Positions 1 to 12,922 of a stretch of 44,834 nt of DNA are shown one piece after another. The stretch comes from Gonapodya sp. JEL0774. Lineage: Eukaryota. The stretch lies in NCBI GenBank assembly GCA_027604505.1, contig JADIIX010000161.1:1-44834 (forward strand), read 5' to 3'. The translations under genes and the position numbers were made by a program. How positions within the stretch are numbered: the stretch's first letter is position 1; every line of letters begins with the position of its first letter. The notes under the pieces are model-generated. The model saw nothing but the letters and a program-made list of their open reading frames with translations, did no database searches and was not told the DNA's origin.

Positions 1-282
1 AAACAACCTCTCACAAAAACTCTGTGCCTACATTCTACAAAACTGTCTCTGGGGGTTCTGCGGCACGAACAGTCCAGTTTTGACGTTGCATACCTTGCAA
101 TGCTGTTATAATACGTCTCTTGGCTTCACTGCCCACTGGATACTTTGCACTTCCCGTGATGCTCACATGCAATTTGTTGAGCGATCTGTGGTTACTGCCC
201 CTCTTGCTGGAAAAGGCTCAGGCTCCACACTCGAGCCACAGACAAATTTATACCTGATACCCATCGGCACTATAAGTTCTCA

Positions 283-1397
283 ATGGCAGCCCGATCGCCA
301 TCGAAGGAGCCACAGAAGCTTACTCCTTTGCTCGCAGAGTTTCTTTCATTCGGATGCCTGTCGGTAGGTTGCAGTGTTCGTTGATACCGGCACAGTTATG
401 CGGCCAGAGCCAACACAAAAACACAGGGTTTCCGCTACTTCGAGACATATCTCCGCGGAAGAGAGGAGCTCATTATTCGCGTGTACAATGACTCCAAGAC
501 TCCCATCTTCTCCGCTCATCCTCATGCACATGCAAATTCGGTAGATCTGGCGAAAGAAATGGGGAGTAAACTTGTTATCTCGTATCGCACACAGCAGTTG
601 TGAGTCAGACATCAGAAGTTTGAGCTGGTGTGAAGAGAATCGATTCGTGTCCTTTGTCCTCAGGATGTCGCTGAAGACGTTCAGTGGTTTACCTCCCGCA
701 AGCCCGGCAGATAAAGATTTGGAAAAGGACTCTACCAAAACTGCTTTCCTTATTGCGGGCTATGCTCGGTACGGAAAGCCGTTCGTATGGGTGCGTTTGG
801 ACGACCTGCCTTCAAACTGTTGTTGTCTCGGTGACTATAGTCCACCACCTCGCACTTTCGCTCCTCAGCTCCGGTCCCACCACAGTCGCCTCCTTCAAAC
901 CCACGGCCAAGATAGCAGTGACTCACCACTGACTCTTACATCCACCACAAACTGGCCGAAAGGAGGTAAGACAAATTCGTACCTACAGGTAGAAGAATCA
1001 ATTCACAACTTTTGAAGCAGACGTGAAACTCGCTGAAATCGTCGCCGAGCTCGTCACCGCTACGCTTCTTCCTCCTCCTTCCAACCCTTTCGCTGTTGAT
1101 CACTCTTTCTTCGATTCCATTCCTCTGGAGGAATCCATCGTTCTCTCAGGCGCCATGGTGGACTTTCTTAGCAAGCTCTACACCCGGAGAACGCCGTGGT
1201 CAGAATCTGGTGGGTCACTATTCTATTATGGGGATTCAAAGCACCTGGCGTTGTTTGCTTATCATGTTCTCGTGTGGAACCCTTTCGCAGTATTCGAGGA
1301 CCTCAGAATACTTCATCGTCGTCATCTCTCAAATCTTAACGAATACCTCACAAAAAGTGCAATGTCACTAGACTCCTCCACTGCATCGTTATTTTAG
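283..1397 (+). CDS. Conserved hypothetical protein, multi-exon
   Basis: ATG 283 reads MAARSPSKEPQKLTPLLAEFLSFGCLS, then an intron, then GFRYFETYLRGREELIIRVYND. Later exons lie in ORFs 572-1015 (TAFLIAGYARYGKPFVW, DSPLTLTSTTNW) and 1023-1397 (PPPSNPFAVD). It resembles an uncharacterised eukaryotic family I recall but cannot verify. Confidence 0.7.
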
Positions 1398-1573
1398 TCC
1401 AGGCACGGGTACCATGGTCCCTTTCTCCTGTGACATCTTTGTGCTTTAGAGCCCAGGGGATCTAGCTCACAGTTATACCCCAGCCATCGTGTGCAAATAG
1501 TAATCAAAACCTTATGTACATAATCGGTGGGCGATTCAGCCCTTAGGTCATTGCACCCTTCCACTATCTGGCC

Positions 1574-4500
1574 TCAAAGTCGCGCCTTCCCTTCCGCGAT
1601 TCTCCGGTAATCCTTCTTCGTCATGGGAACAAAGGTGCCGGCGTACTCCAAATCGAGCCAATAAAGAGGCGCTTTGACTCGCTCGGGGTCAGCTCCACCC
1701 TTCGTATAAACGGGAGCACCGCGTTTGTCCACGGAGCTTGACAAAAAACGGCACTAAATCACGCTCACCTTTTTCCATTCCACAACACGGATTTTCTGAG
1801 TCGATGTCAGATCCATTCGCTCGGCTATTCGCACAATCCGAGGAACCGCGTACAGCGGTAGGCGGTCCAGGAGAAAGCGACCAAGGAGCTCCATCGCAAG
1901 GTCGCTGTCAAACGTGGACCGCAGTGTTACAATCGCCATGGGTACCCGGCCATCCACGCCTGAAAGTTAAAGTTTGCAGATTTCATGTAAGGCCGTAGGA
2001 TGTTGAACGTACGCGTCCTACCTACCTTTGACAGGAATCCCAAACACCGCAGCTTCCTTGATGTAGAAGAACTCTTGAATGCTCGATGCGACTTCCAAAG
2101 TGGATATATTTCTATTGAAGCATGGATTGAGTTAGAAGACATGCTGGACGGAGTATTTTACTATCTCACCAACACCCACTCTGTGCGAAATCGAAACATG
2201 TCTCCCACTCTGTCGATAAAGTAATAGTAGCCGCGTTCATCTCGTCGGAAAAGGTCACCCATGCGGAACCATTGGTCTGACGGTAGTTGTATCTGACATC
2301 GGGTCCACGGGCTAATCTTCGTACCTGCCACTTACCTCCCTTCTCAAAACAGTCGTGAAGAACACGGGACTTGGTCAGTTCATCGTCATTGTAGTATCCC
2401 TCTGGAAGAGAAAGCTTGATTTAACGAGAAGAACGTCACATAGTACCTAGATTAGGGTACCCACCGAAGAAGTTGTAGTGCGTGGGATTCTCCGGCTCTG
2501 GCCGTAATTGCGCGATTATCTCCCCCGTGACATTCGCCCCAATCTAGACGATTTTAGCAACATCTCGATGATGTACAACGGAGGAGTATAGCCCGCAGAC
2601 TCACCTCAATCAGGAACCCGTCTGGAGAAATTAAACCAATATTAGCAACAAATAGGACGAGCGAAGTTCAGAAAATATTCACCAGATCCCCGGACAGGCT
2701 TTTCAGCTTGATCGTCATACTTCACCAACTTCACATCACCTTGAATTGGAGATTTTGATCTCATAACCATTCGCACTCACGACTGGAACACCACGTTCTC
2801 ACCGCATTTCCGCATCTCTGGTCCGTGTCTTCCACATGAGCCGATCCCCTCGTTTCCTTTCTGTATGTTCAGCATAAAGATACATCCCTGTGGGTTGAAG
2901 AACGGTGAATGAATCAAACAGGGTGACACTCTTCCTGTTACAGCCCACCTCCGTTGAACCATAAAACTCCATCACCACCGGTATTCGAAATCGCTCCTTG
3001 AAGTCCTCCCAGATCTCGGGTCTGTTTAGAGAGTACGATGAACACGATGTGAGACGACCGCGGGCCACCAGTTGAGTCGGGATGGAAGCATTTCACCTCA
3101 ATCCGTTGCCAAACGCCGCTCTGACACGATGATGGCGATCGTGGGGCGATGGCGGGGTGGCAAGGACGAAGCGAGCGATTTCTAAAGGTTGCAGGGATGA
3201 GTGGGTTGAAAATGGTTTTTGGTGTCCACGGGATCTCTTGCGCCACGTACCACCGATATATTGCACAACTGTGGCTTTATATTCTGCAGCTTCTCTGAAG
3301 TAGTTGCGGGCTGAAAATCGCCGTGGGATGATGAGGGTCTGCCAGGTGAAAAGATGACGACCACGCGGGAAACTCGAGTCGACATCATACCAACAGAGCA
3401 ACAGGCATAGACCTACGGTTCCTCGGTACCACGATACGTGCAGTCCAATTCCGGCTGCACTGTGGTAGAGTGGAAGTGGGGAGTACCATCGATCATTGTC
3501 ATTGTACCAGCCCAGGTGGACGGATGAAGGGGCAATGCGAGAGCTGGGGTGATGAAAATATGCGATTGATTGATGGTCTCATAATATTGTAATGAGTATA
3601 AAGATGTCCAACTCACTACTTGACGTGGCTGTTGATGGAAGCCTTCGGTGCACCGGTCGCTGCAGTTCGTGGAACGCACGGTAGTAGTCGACAAACACGA
3701 CCGACCCAATTCGGTTTGAAATAGTGACAGGAGGCTGAACTCACTACCAGAGGTAAAGATGAGGCATGCGGGATCTGGAGGCACGAGAGACGTTGGATGA
3801 ATGAAGTTTGGATTACGTCGCGAGAGAAACTCTTGAATAAGCACCCACCTCTCATTCTAACTTTTTTCCTGCGTTTCTTTGCTTCTTCGGAATCAGTCGC
3901 GTCCAGGGACCTGAGTTGAGTTTCTGTCAATAGGTAGTCCGCGAAGCCAAGGTCCTTGGCAGAATGAGTGGTGGCTGTAGAAGGTCCCATAGCTATAGAA
4001 GAACGACGAGAATCGGGAGTTGACGCATCGGAGGAACGTCGGGAAGCTTCGGGTTGCGAGGTAGAAGCCGGAGCCGACGATTCGCGGAGAGTATTGCTCG
4101 TTGTTGTACCATCCGGCACGGTGGTGGACGCAGCTGGAAAGCTCTGATCTTCGTGGAGATATTCGTACCCACAGAACGCCACGATGTGCTCGACACCGTT
4201 TGATTTGAGTTGAGAGGCAATTTTGCGGACGTCGCCATATCGGGCGGACTCGAAGATGAAGAGTCGGGATTTCGCAGTGGTAATGGCATGGAAGAAAGTG
4301 CGGCCTGTATGTGTATCGCGTGAGCAGGTAGCTCCGAAATTTTCGAGAGGGGACAGGGGTATGCACAAGCTTGCACGAACCTCGGAAGTTGTGATTGACA
4401 AGCACCAGTCGAGCACCAATTTTCCAGAGGGCAATCATTGTAATTATCATCTCGGGTGAGTTCTCAAAGAGAATGGCGACGTATTCCTCATGTCGAATGC

Positions 4501-4894
4501 CATACGTGGAGAGGAGGAAGTTTGACTGCCCCATTAACAGCGAGTGACACGACGGAGTATCACATCAGCCATGTAAACACAAATTCAGACGATTGGAGAA
4601 TGCGCTCCATACTCTTTGACACCCGTTTCTCTCTCTTTGTGACAGGAAACCTACCATGGAATTTGAGAGTGTATCCAGCTCTCGCCAGGTGTAACTCTTT
4701 CCAGTTGTCGCGTACACCAACGCCTCCGCATCTGGCTTTCGGGCAGCTGACTCTATGAGCAATTCGACCACAGAAGCTCGCCCATCAGCGTCTCTTTTAG
4801 CGAGACTGTTCTCACATTCAAGAGCAAACGACGAAGGAATCAGTTGCAAGTGTCCAATGACAAAAGATAGTCGGCCGCCTATCCAGCGCTCCAT
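1574..4894 (-). CDS. FAT1: Very-long-chain acyl-CoA synthetase / fatty acid transport protein (FATP/Fat1 family), many introns
   Basis: Motifs across exons: AMP-binding CLIFTSG..TGAPKA, RRFSARNYF, VVQYIG, AFGNGLR|PEIW..F.ERFRIP...EFYGSTE, DGRVPMA, LPLYAVPRIVR. Last exon ends ...DYRRIAEGKARL-stop (TGA 1574-1576). Confidence 0.9.
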
Positions 4895-5207
4895 ACAACT
4901 TACTATTCGAGTGTTTTCCGTCTGCTCTCTAAGTTCTGTCGGTCACCTCTCCAGTTGAAATGCGAATCAGCGAGCCTCCACGCAAGCGGGATTGCTCCAA
5001 CGATCGCACCAGCTGCGAGAACACGAGCGGCCGCCATTCGTGTGCCGCTGTGGGTGAGTTAATGACGATTCGGTTTGTGGGGAGGGTTCGGTCGGTCGAA
5101 CACTGAGTGCCTGTGTGGTATTGAAACGCGACTGTGGCCGCGTTTCAACTCAACTTACTCACCTGTTACCGGCTTCGCGCGGTCTCGCAGCGGCATTGTG
5201 CGCGGCA

Positions 5208-6918
5208 ATGGAGCGGGAACTTTCCGATTGGAAACCTCCTCCCGTGCAATGTACGCCCAGTGTTCAAGTCGATTCGATCGTTCGAAAAGCTGGGGTGGAG
5301 CTTTCGATCGAGGTTTCAGTATCAGAGTGAGCCAAACTTGCGCTCCGGCGTTCTGCTAGAATCTGTCTGATATTTTTGACTGCCGTCGCCCTCCTCCACA
5401 GCGCTCCATTTGCCCGAGCTCAGGGTGCGAACTGCCGAACGTCTTTTCGGAGCACCGAGCTGCAGACATATCACAATGCTCTTATATTTGAGTGCCGCGA
5501 TGCAGGTTCGCTGTGTGCTTTCGCCGTTTCCGCCATAGATTCAGCCCGCCCACGAATGTCTGCGAACTAGTGTGCCCCCCAATGCCGATCATTCCCTCCT
5601 CCCCTGATGAAGATGCCAAGCTTCAGAGCGAAATTGTTCGTTTCTTAACACGTATTTTGGAGCATCCCACCTTAGGCCGCTCTCGGTCCACATTTCAATT
5701 CTTCAATGTCGAGGGGAATTATCGCTACGAAATGGCCTCGTCACCCTCTGCGATACCCACCAGCTTCACCACCTTCCTCCTCTCCATCTTCACTGCATTT
5801 CCATTTTTTGCTCCTGGACTGCCGTCTGCTTCGTCTCTCTCAGGCGTGTCGTCAACGACAATGAGCTTGCTTTCGCCCACTGCATCTTCCGCAACCGAAA
5901 AGGAATTCGATCCCTTTTTTCTCGTGAGCACTGAGAAGCGAAAGAAAGTTCGAACATCCTCTCATGTGTACAATTTGTATGCGTCTTCACTCTGGTAGAC
6001 TCTTCACAAGAGCCTCTCCGATCTTCCGTCCTCATACGAAACTGTTGCGCGACACAGCACTCAAGTCGCAAAAGATACGAAGCTGCTTGCGAGGAATCTT
6101 AGAAGTATCGCTCTCACTTTCGGACTGTTATCTGCACAGGAGGAGCGATTAGGAAAGACCGCCTCCGCTCACGAAACACGGTTTCATCGGTGTGTTTCTA
6201 CGGATGGATTCATTTATGGATTCCGGATATCCCTTCATGTCTCGATTGTATCCAACCACATAGGCTTTTTGCCCGCATCAAAAAGCCCATGGGCTCCCTC
6301 TACACCGTCATCGATCGTCAATCTGATTTACAACATTCCACTTTCACCGAACTCCGCGTATACCATTCGAATGCCTCCCGCAACGCACTCGAGGTTCTCG
6401 TTCATCGTGCTGAAACAGTCCTCGAGTACGACACAGCATCCAGATTGGTCGCTCAATGCGTCTCGGAGGCCGAACGACTGCGCTCAAGTCACGAAATAGC
6501 ACCTGAAAGGGCCGCAAAGGCAATACAGGCACTCGAAGAAGCGAAACAAATTGAGAGGGAGAAGGCAGAGACATTCACACGCGTGGGGATTGGCGGGAGG
6601 GAGGAGATGGCTCGTTTCCGGACCCACCATTCGGAGGACTTTGTGGCTTCCCTGGACGAGTTTGTCACCAAACAGCTGCATCTGAACCGGGCGGCTCTCA
6701 AAAATTGTGAGGCGGCACTGCAGCATCTCGCTAGACTGGCGTTCGATGGGATGCTGGAAGGGTTCTCTCCAGAATCGCCGACAACGAGAGGGATTGGACA
6801 CAGCGCGACGTCATCGATGGGCAGCTCTAGCTTAATATTACCAGAAGTTTCGGCTACTCTCAGTGACGTATTTGGTGGCTCGATGCCGGTGGAGGACAGG
6901 TTTGTCTCTGTGAGCTGA
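5208..6918 (+). CDS. PX-BAR sorting nexin (Vps5/Vps17/SNX5-6-like retromer component)
   Basis: PX-like segment (RSTELQTYHNAL..., CPPMP..., EIVRFLTRILEHPTLGRS..FQFF) followed by a helical BAR-like region in ORF 6190-6918 (EEMARFRTHHSEDFVASLDEFVTKQL). Divergent from FAT1. Exact orthologue uncertain. Confidence 0.7.
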
Positions 6919-7155
6919 TTGGTTGGATGACGGTGGAGAAGTTGGAACCAGATGAGCTCGCCGGACACAGATTATTCTTGTCGAGACTTTGGATTACAAT
7001 TGGGGATCTTCTGAAGCAGGATACCATTTATATATATTGTAGCTATCCAAAAATCACTGTTTCAAGGTTACGCTTGCTTTTCGGTTTGTTGCTCTTTGGT
7101 CGGAAGAACTTATCAGCAATCGGGACTCTGTATAAGTGTCAGATCATGTCAGCTC

Positions 7156-8615
7156 TTATTCGCTCCTGTGCACCTCCACGCTGAGAAGATCCCGCGCCGT
7201 CAACACTTCGTCGCTCCCAAATGCTTCCACTGCCAATTGACGAATTTCCTCCATGATTTTCAGCGATTCGGGTTCGGTGTCACCTTTGTACCGGTGACTG
7301 AAGTGTGTCAAGATCAAGCGGCGTGCGCGGATTAGCTTGGCAAAGCGACCAGCCATTTGAGGGTTGGAGTGGCCGCTGGTGCAGCGCAAGGGAGATGTGT
7401 GAATTTGAAAGCGCACGACTCACCGTGAAAGACTCACTGATCTATTGTTTGTTGCTCCACGCTCTCTGTAGTCATCCCATTCGTCCTATCCTCTGCCAAA
7501 CAAGCATTCGTCGCCTCGTGAACCAGGACTGTGCAATCCTCCGCTATCCGGGCAATAGCTGACGAATCCGATGTATCTCCTAATATCACAAGATGCCGTC
7601 CTCGTTTGGGGGGATCCAAAAACTGCGCCGGATCCAGCACAATGCCGTCGGGTAGGTTAACAATCTCACCATTTTTTATCTTTGCGAGAAGTTGTAGCGG
7701 GTTCTTGACACCGGACGCTTTCAGAGCATTTGCGTTTCGGTCGAGGTGAGGTCGCACCTCCTCGACACGCAATCGTCCTGGGGAGTCGAGCTCACGAACT
7801 GCGAATCCAACGCACGGGGCGCTGTGTTGCAATTTCCCAGCCTCCACAGTCAAGCCGAGTGACTTTTCTTCCAAAATAAGCCAAGTACCATCACTGCGTG
7901 GGGCCATGTCCACACCGTCGTACTGTTGAGCGTCCTGTTCGTCCCTGACCTCAACTTCATCGACGGCACTGGGCCCTGCTTGCTTCTTCTTTGCCAGATC
8001 CTCTTCGGTCCATAGCTCATTTATGACCACTCGAGTCGACAGTCGGCAGTAAGACGACGCGAGAGAGTTGCGAATGTACTCGCGAAGTCCACGTGGTCCA
8101 AAAAGCATGATGACTTTGCGAGCTTGTTCCTCACTAGTCGTGCCAGAGAGAGACCCAAGATTACCAGAAAGTGTGGAGAGAAAACCAGGCAGGCCAAAGC
8201 AATGATCGCCACTAGTGGAATCGTTTTAGGTGGAACGCAACACTCTTGATTTACTTCACGGGGTGGCGATCTCAAACCGCACGCCTCGAACCTACTGTAA
8301 ATGCGTGATAAAGATGTATTTGACCTTGGTCAATTTAAGATGTGTCCTCAAGAACTGATTCTGCGTCGCTTCACTTGTTGAAAAGAACACATTATTTATA
8401 CGGGTTTGTCTCAACCGTCGTTTTCGCCTTACATAATACTCACCCGCAATCGAACAGTAAAACATCTCCATTGATTCGAAGCGCTGTAGCAGAGTGGTTC
8501 CTACAGGTGATTTTCTCGCTTTAGCTGTAGAATGATATCGAACGGACGATGACCGATCGGCTCACCGCGTCAAGGAAGGTTGCGCTGACGCTGTGCCGAG
8601 AAAAACGAGCTCCAT
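7156..8615 (-). CDS. Short-form ribonuclease Z (tRNase Z-S, ELAC1/Rbn-like)
   Basis: MELVFLGTASAQPSLTR start, LLFDCGE, metallo-beta-lactamase motif ITHLHGDH split by an intron inside a His codon, flexible-arm region, VILGDTS, LVHEAT, LILTHFSHRY. Single MBL domain. Confidence 0.9.
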
Positions 8616-9049
8616 GGAGATTATGATGTCGATAGCGATTCACGAGTATCACTGGAGTTTGATCGATTTAAGAATCGGTTGAAGGCGAGGATATTGGCGA
8701 GTGGTCATCGAACCGAGCGCGCAAAAAGTGATGGATCTGGATCTGCCTTATCGCCCTGTCCGTCCTCACTCCAATCAATTTCTCGGCATAGTGGGCGATT
8801 GAAGGTTCAAGAGTGTGCTTTGTTATTGGACTCATCAGCTCCTTTTAAATACGGGTGTGTCCGTCTTTCATGTCAAGCAACTACTGGGCTCCAATTCACT
8901 TCACTCAATCAAACAAATTTATGAGGAGCTGTTTCCCATGTGATGCAATATTTTCGCGGCATTGAGCGCCTCGCGTCCAATAAACTAGCGTGGGTAGTAT
9001 TGTTGCTTTTTCCATTGAACCGTGTTATTCGCTGTCACATCCCAGTTCA

Positions 9050-10860
9050 TCATTCCTTGATCAAACTGACCATCACAGCGGAGTTCGTGAGCACCTTCCT
9101 ACCTTCTCCCAACAATTAAGCGTCTGAAGTCTCACCTCAGAAACTCCTCCCGTGTCCGATGATCTGTCCTGAACCCGCCCAACATGCAGCTCGTGACGGT
9201 TTTCGATCCAGGTTTCTGTACGCCACGCATAACCATACAGAGGTGGCTTTGTTTGTGGGAAAGGTGGATGGTGTTTCAGGAAACGGGGGCGTCAGCACAA
9301 GCCCTGGTACCCGTGGTTCCGCAAGACATGTGGTCCCACCTGGCCTCCATAACCACAGCCACGCCTCTCGGTTTCAGAATACTCTCCAGCGCGACCGCCA
9401 CTTGTTTGGTCAAGCGTTCCTGCAGTTGGAGTCGTCGGGCAAACATTTCGGCGATGCGGGCGACTTTGGACAGGCCGAGTACACGCTGGTGGGGCAGGTA
9501 GCCAATGGAGATCTGCACGACGGAGATGGTTCCCGAAATGGCAGACGAGGCAATATCGTGAATGCGTCAGCGTGCGGGAGTGCGAGCAAATGAACCCATT
9601 CATACCTTCCCCATAAAAGGTACGCAATGATGTTCGCACATGGAGAAGACCTCGATGCCTTTTACGATGACCATTTCGTCGTGATCTTCTCGGAAAATAG
9701 CACCGTTGACGACATCGAGGATGTTTTCTGTACCGGGAGCGGGCAGAGTTATTGAATTTGACCCAGCTGTATCGGCGTTACATTTTTCTGACCTTCGTAT
9801 CCCTTGGTCAAAAATAATAAGGCTCTGGCATATCGCTCGGGGGTTTTGAGGAGGCCTAGATTCGTGTGGAGGTTCGATGGCCGTCCATGTTGGCGGAAGA
9901 AAAGCGACGGGCATGGAGTTGAAGTCGATGCAAAGCAGACGGTAAAACAAAGTCGCAGTTTATGAGCCCAGAAGACCAACCCAGTTGCCAGTAACCAAAC
10001 TCACCCTCTCTCTCCGGATCTTCTCCGATACACTCGAGAATAGTCTTGACGGCTGACGTCATCCTCTCGACACGCCTCTCCCGCTCCTCATGAGACTCTT
10101 CTTTACGGGCACGGGTGCCGATAGCTGGGAGCGAACATGTTGAAGTATTTGTGAGGTAATTTATCAGAATCGAGCAACAATAATAAAACGAGTGAAACAT
10201 ATGAAACGCACAAGGCCAGCTCAACCCATCTGGGTCAGGCATAGGTGTCAGACTTCGTGAGGTTGGCGCGGACAAGGAGGATGTTGGTTCGTCGTCATTC
10301 TCTTGGTTGACGATGGAGGTGAGTCGGCGGTTGGCAGGTGAGGAGGTGGACAACGGTCCGCTAGTTGAAGGTCGAGGGAGAGAAGAGGGGGGAGAAGAGG
10401 TGACGGATTGCTTAGGCTTGCCATTTGGAATGACGGGGTGGCTATAGAGTTGGATGGTGGTCAGTCTCGATTTTAACCCGCCATGATCCACAATCCGTGC
10501 AAAATCACTCCACTGTGATGATTCTCCAATTTCTAGCTGTACTTCACCTGCGCTTGGGGTTCGTAGCGCGGTCTCATTCAGAAGAGTAGTAATTTGTCCG
10601 ACAGCCATGTTTCACCTGCACCTCACCCACTCTGCAATTTCGTTTTCCTTCCAAATTCTCAAAAGATACGCAATTCGTTTCCCCCATCCTGCAATTTCCT
10701 AAGCTTCTCACCTTGGGAATGTCTCGACTAACGAATCATCAGCATCATCTTTGAACTCCCCGTCTGTTCGCGCTTCACGGACGATCGCTGCGAGTTCGTC
10801 TCGCTCCTCGGTGGTGAAGCCGTCAGCTTCTAGTGTCGATTGGTGTTGAGTGCTGGACAT
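9050..10860 (-). CDS. FOL2: GTP cyclohydrolase I with long low-complexity N-terminal extension
   Basis: [87 protein letters not shown]-stop. First exon from ATG 10860 splices in phase (AG|GTGAG donor near 10711; CTGAC branch and TAG acceptor near 10443). Confidence 0.92.
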
Positions 10861-11321
10861 TGAGCTGTCGAGGTGAAGATGACGCAGGACTTGCACCGAA
10901 TATCCAGGTCGCGAGGTTCCACGGAACGTCGTTTAAGAATCGGTGATAATCAGAGATAGATAGGTAAAAAGTGGCGGAATCGGGGAAGATTGAGATTATA
11001 CGTGAACGAAGTGAGATCGCTGTGCGAGCGGGGATCGAGCAACGGTTGCGACAAAGTCACGCTGACGGCGGCACAGATGGACGAAACGTAGTTGAGAGTA
11101 TCAGGATGCGGTGTCAGTGTTAAGTGATGGTGTGGAAACCAAGAATGTTGGAAGAGTTTTATGTGGTCCTCATCGGTGCGACGGTCCGTTGCTTCCCGTG
11201 ATCCTCACCAACTGATTGGTCCGACAGAATGACAGTTTGCGGACACCTCAAAAGTGGTATACACTTAAGAAAAAGGCAAGATTGCGAGAATCAAAGCGAA
11301 ACGAGGTTCCTACATCAATGT

Positions 11322-12530
11322 TTACTGACGGAAGATTGTATACAGAACGGTTCCGAGTAAGTTACATGTAAGTGGTCTCCCACTACGCCGGCGAGTACAG
11401 TCTACACATACGGTCCCACCAGCGCATACGGTACATATGTCGTCAAGGCAAACGTCAGAGAGGATATAACAATCTCGGCATACCGCGTGGTTTGAGGCTA
11501 CAGCGGCAACACAGGAGAGTGGACAGACACAGTCATTCTCACACAGAGGACCCCGTCCACATTTGAAACAAAATTGTGGCAGCTCTGTGTCCTCCAGACA
11601 TCCCGGACAGATTTCGGCCTCACAATGACCTCTTGCGCACTTTATCCACTGGTGTGGCTGTAAAGCACATGATTCACAACTACGAACAGTCCCAAAGCAC
11701 TCTCCATTGGCGCCGCAAGTTCTCGAACCAAGTGATTCCCCTTCATCCCCACGCGTCAACCCGCCGCAGTAGCAACCACAATAGCTGCAAGTTCTATTTT
11801 CAATGCAATCTCCACAATAGACTTCCTTGTGTGGTTCTGTCCAGGGTGTTGCTCCTGACCGATCTGCCTCTACAACCACCTCCATGCAGTTGGCACAAAT
11901 ATCCGGGCGGATGCGGATTAGGTTCGGAAACACTGATTTGGCCGCGCTGAGAAAATCCACTAGAATTAGGAATCTCCTCGCATGACCACTATGGAAGTCA
12001 GCCGATGACGGGCGCCGTTCTCGCCATCCCCCCCCAACATCTAAAATCTTGAGAGGGTGCAAGTTCTGTAGATAGTCTGCTGGCTGAGCACGAGGACGTG
12101 CTTTCATGTTCTCCGTCAGTTCCCCCTATCCTCGCATATCCACGTTCTGACAGTCTCGGAGCGACAGTCGCCAAACAGCGGCCATCCCAAGGACTCGAAA
12201 CACCGTCCAAACTGAGACACTGGTGCCATCCAGGACGACCTCCCGAATCTCCGATTCCAGTAATCCACGCGATGCGTTCTGCGAGCATCCGAGCGCAGGC
12301 CGAATCCACGAAGCCACGAGTTGGAGGAAACGTTCGAAATCTTGGTCCACCATTGTCGCAAGACCGGTAAAGTTCAACCACACCCATTTCAATAGAATGC
12401 TGCGTGTTCGCACCAGGGAGCGGCAGGCTGCGTTGAGACGGAGGATTGAACGTGTGAGGAGTTGAGAAGCGACTCGTTGAAACGTTCCCAGATGCAGGAG
12501 GGCGAGAGGGGAGGAGGGAGAGGCAGTCAT
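11322..12530 (-). pseudogene. F-box-like / LRR-like / Cys-rich protein gene interrupted by one in-frame TAG
   Basis: ORFs 12126-12530 and 11322-12107 share a frame and are separated only by TAG (12126-12128) plus 6 sense codons. N-terminus LALLHLGTFQRVASQL..RSILRLNAACRSL is F-box-like; REVVLDGTSV and RLSLRDCQNV are LRR-like; the C-terminal half has many CxxC pairs. Confidence 0.55.
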
Positions 12531-12922
12531 TCCTGTCAGTCGTGCGTTCGATTCGAATCAGCCTAATCGAGGGGAGGTGCGCTTTCTCGTTGTCAAGGAA
12601 GGTGGGCTTATTTTGTGATTCGCGATGAGGTGCTGACCACGGCAGGCCTGCCGCAAGCACCATCATCGCCGCAGTATTTTCACCTGAGCAAATGAGTGGT
12701 CGCCCGTCTCGCATCCTTGTACGAATCGAAGGCGACAGTGTTTTCACAGTGATCGGGAAACCGAAGTCCTACTATGTGAGTGTTACCTATCCGGTTTTCC
12801 AACTTCGCTGCTTTGACAATCCGTCGATCTGAACCGTGCGCTCACATTCTTAGCATCTTGTTCAAGAGTGCATCGATGTGTTCCCCGGCCGACTGGCGAT
12901 TGGCCAGTTCCAGGTCGTTCTT

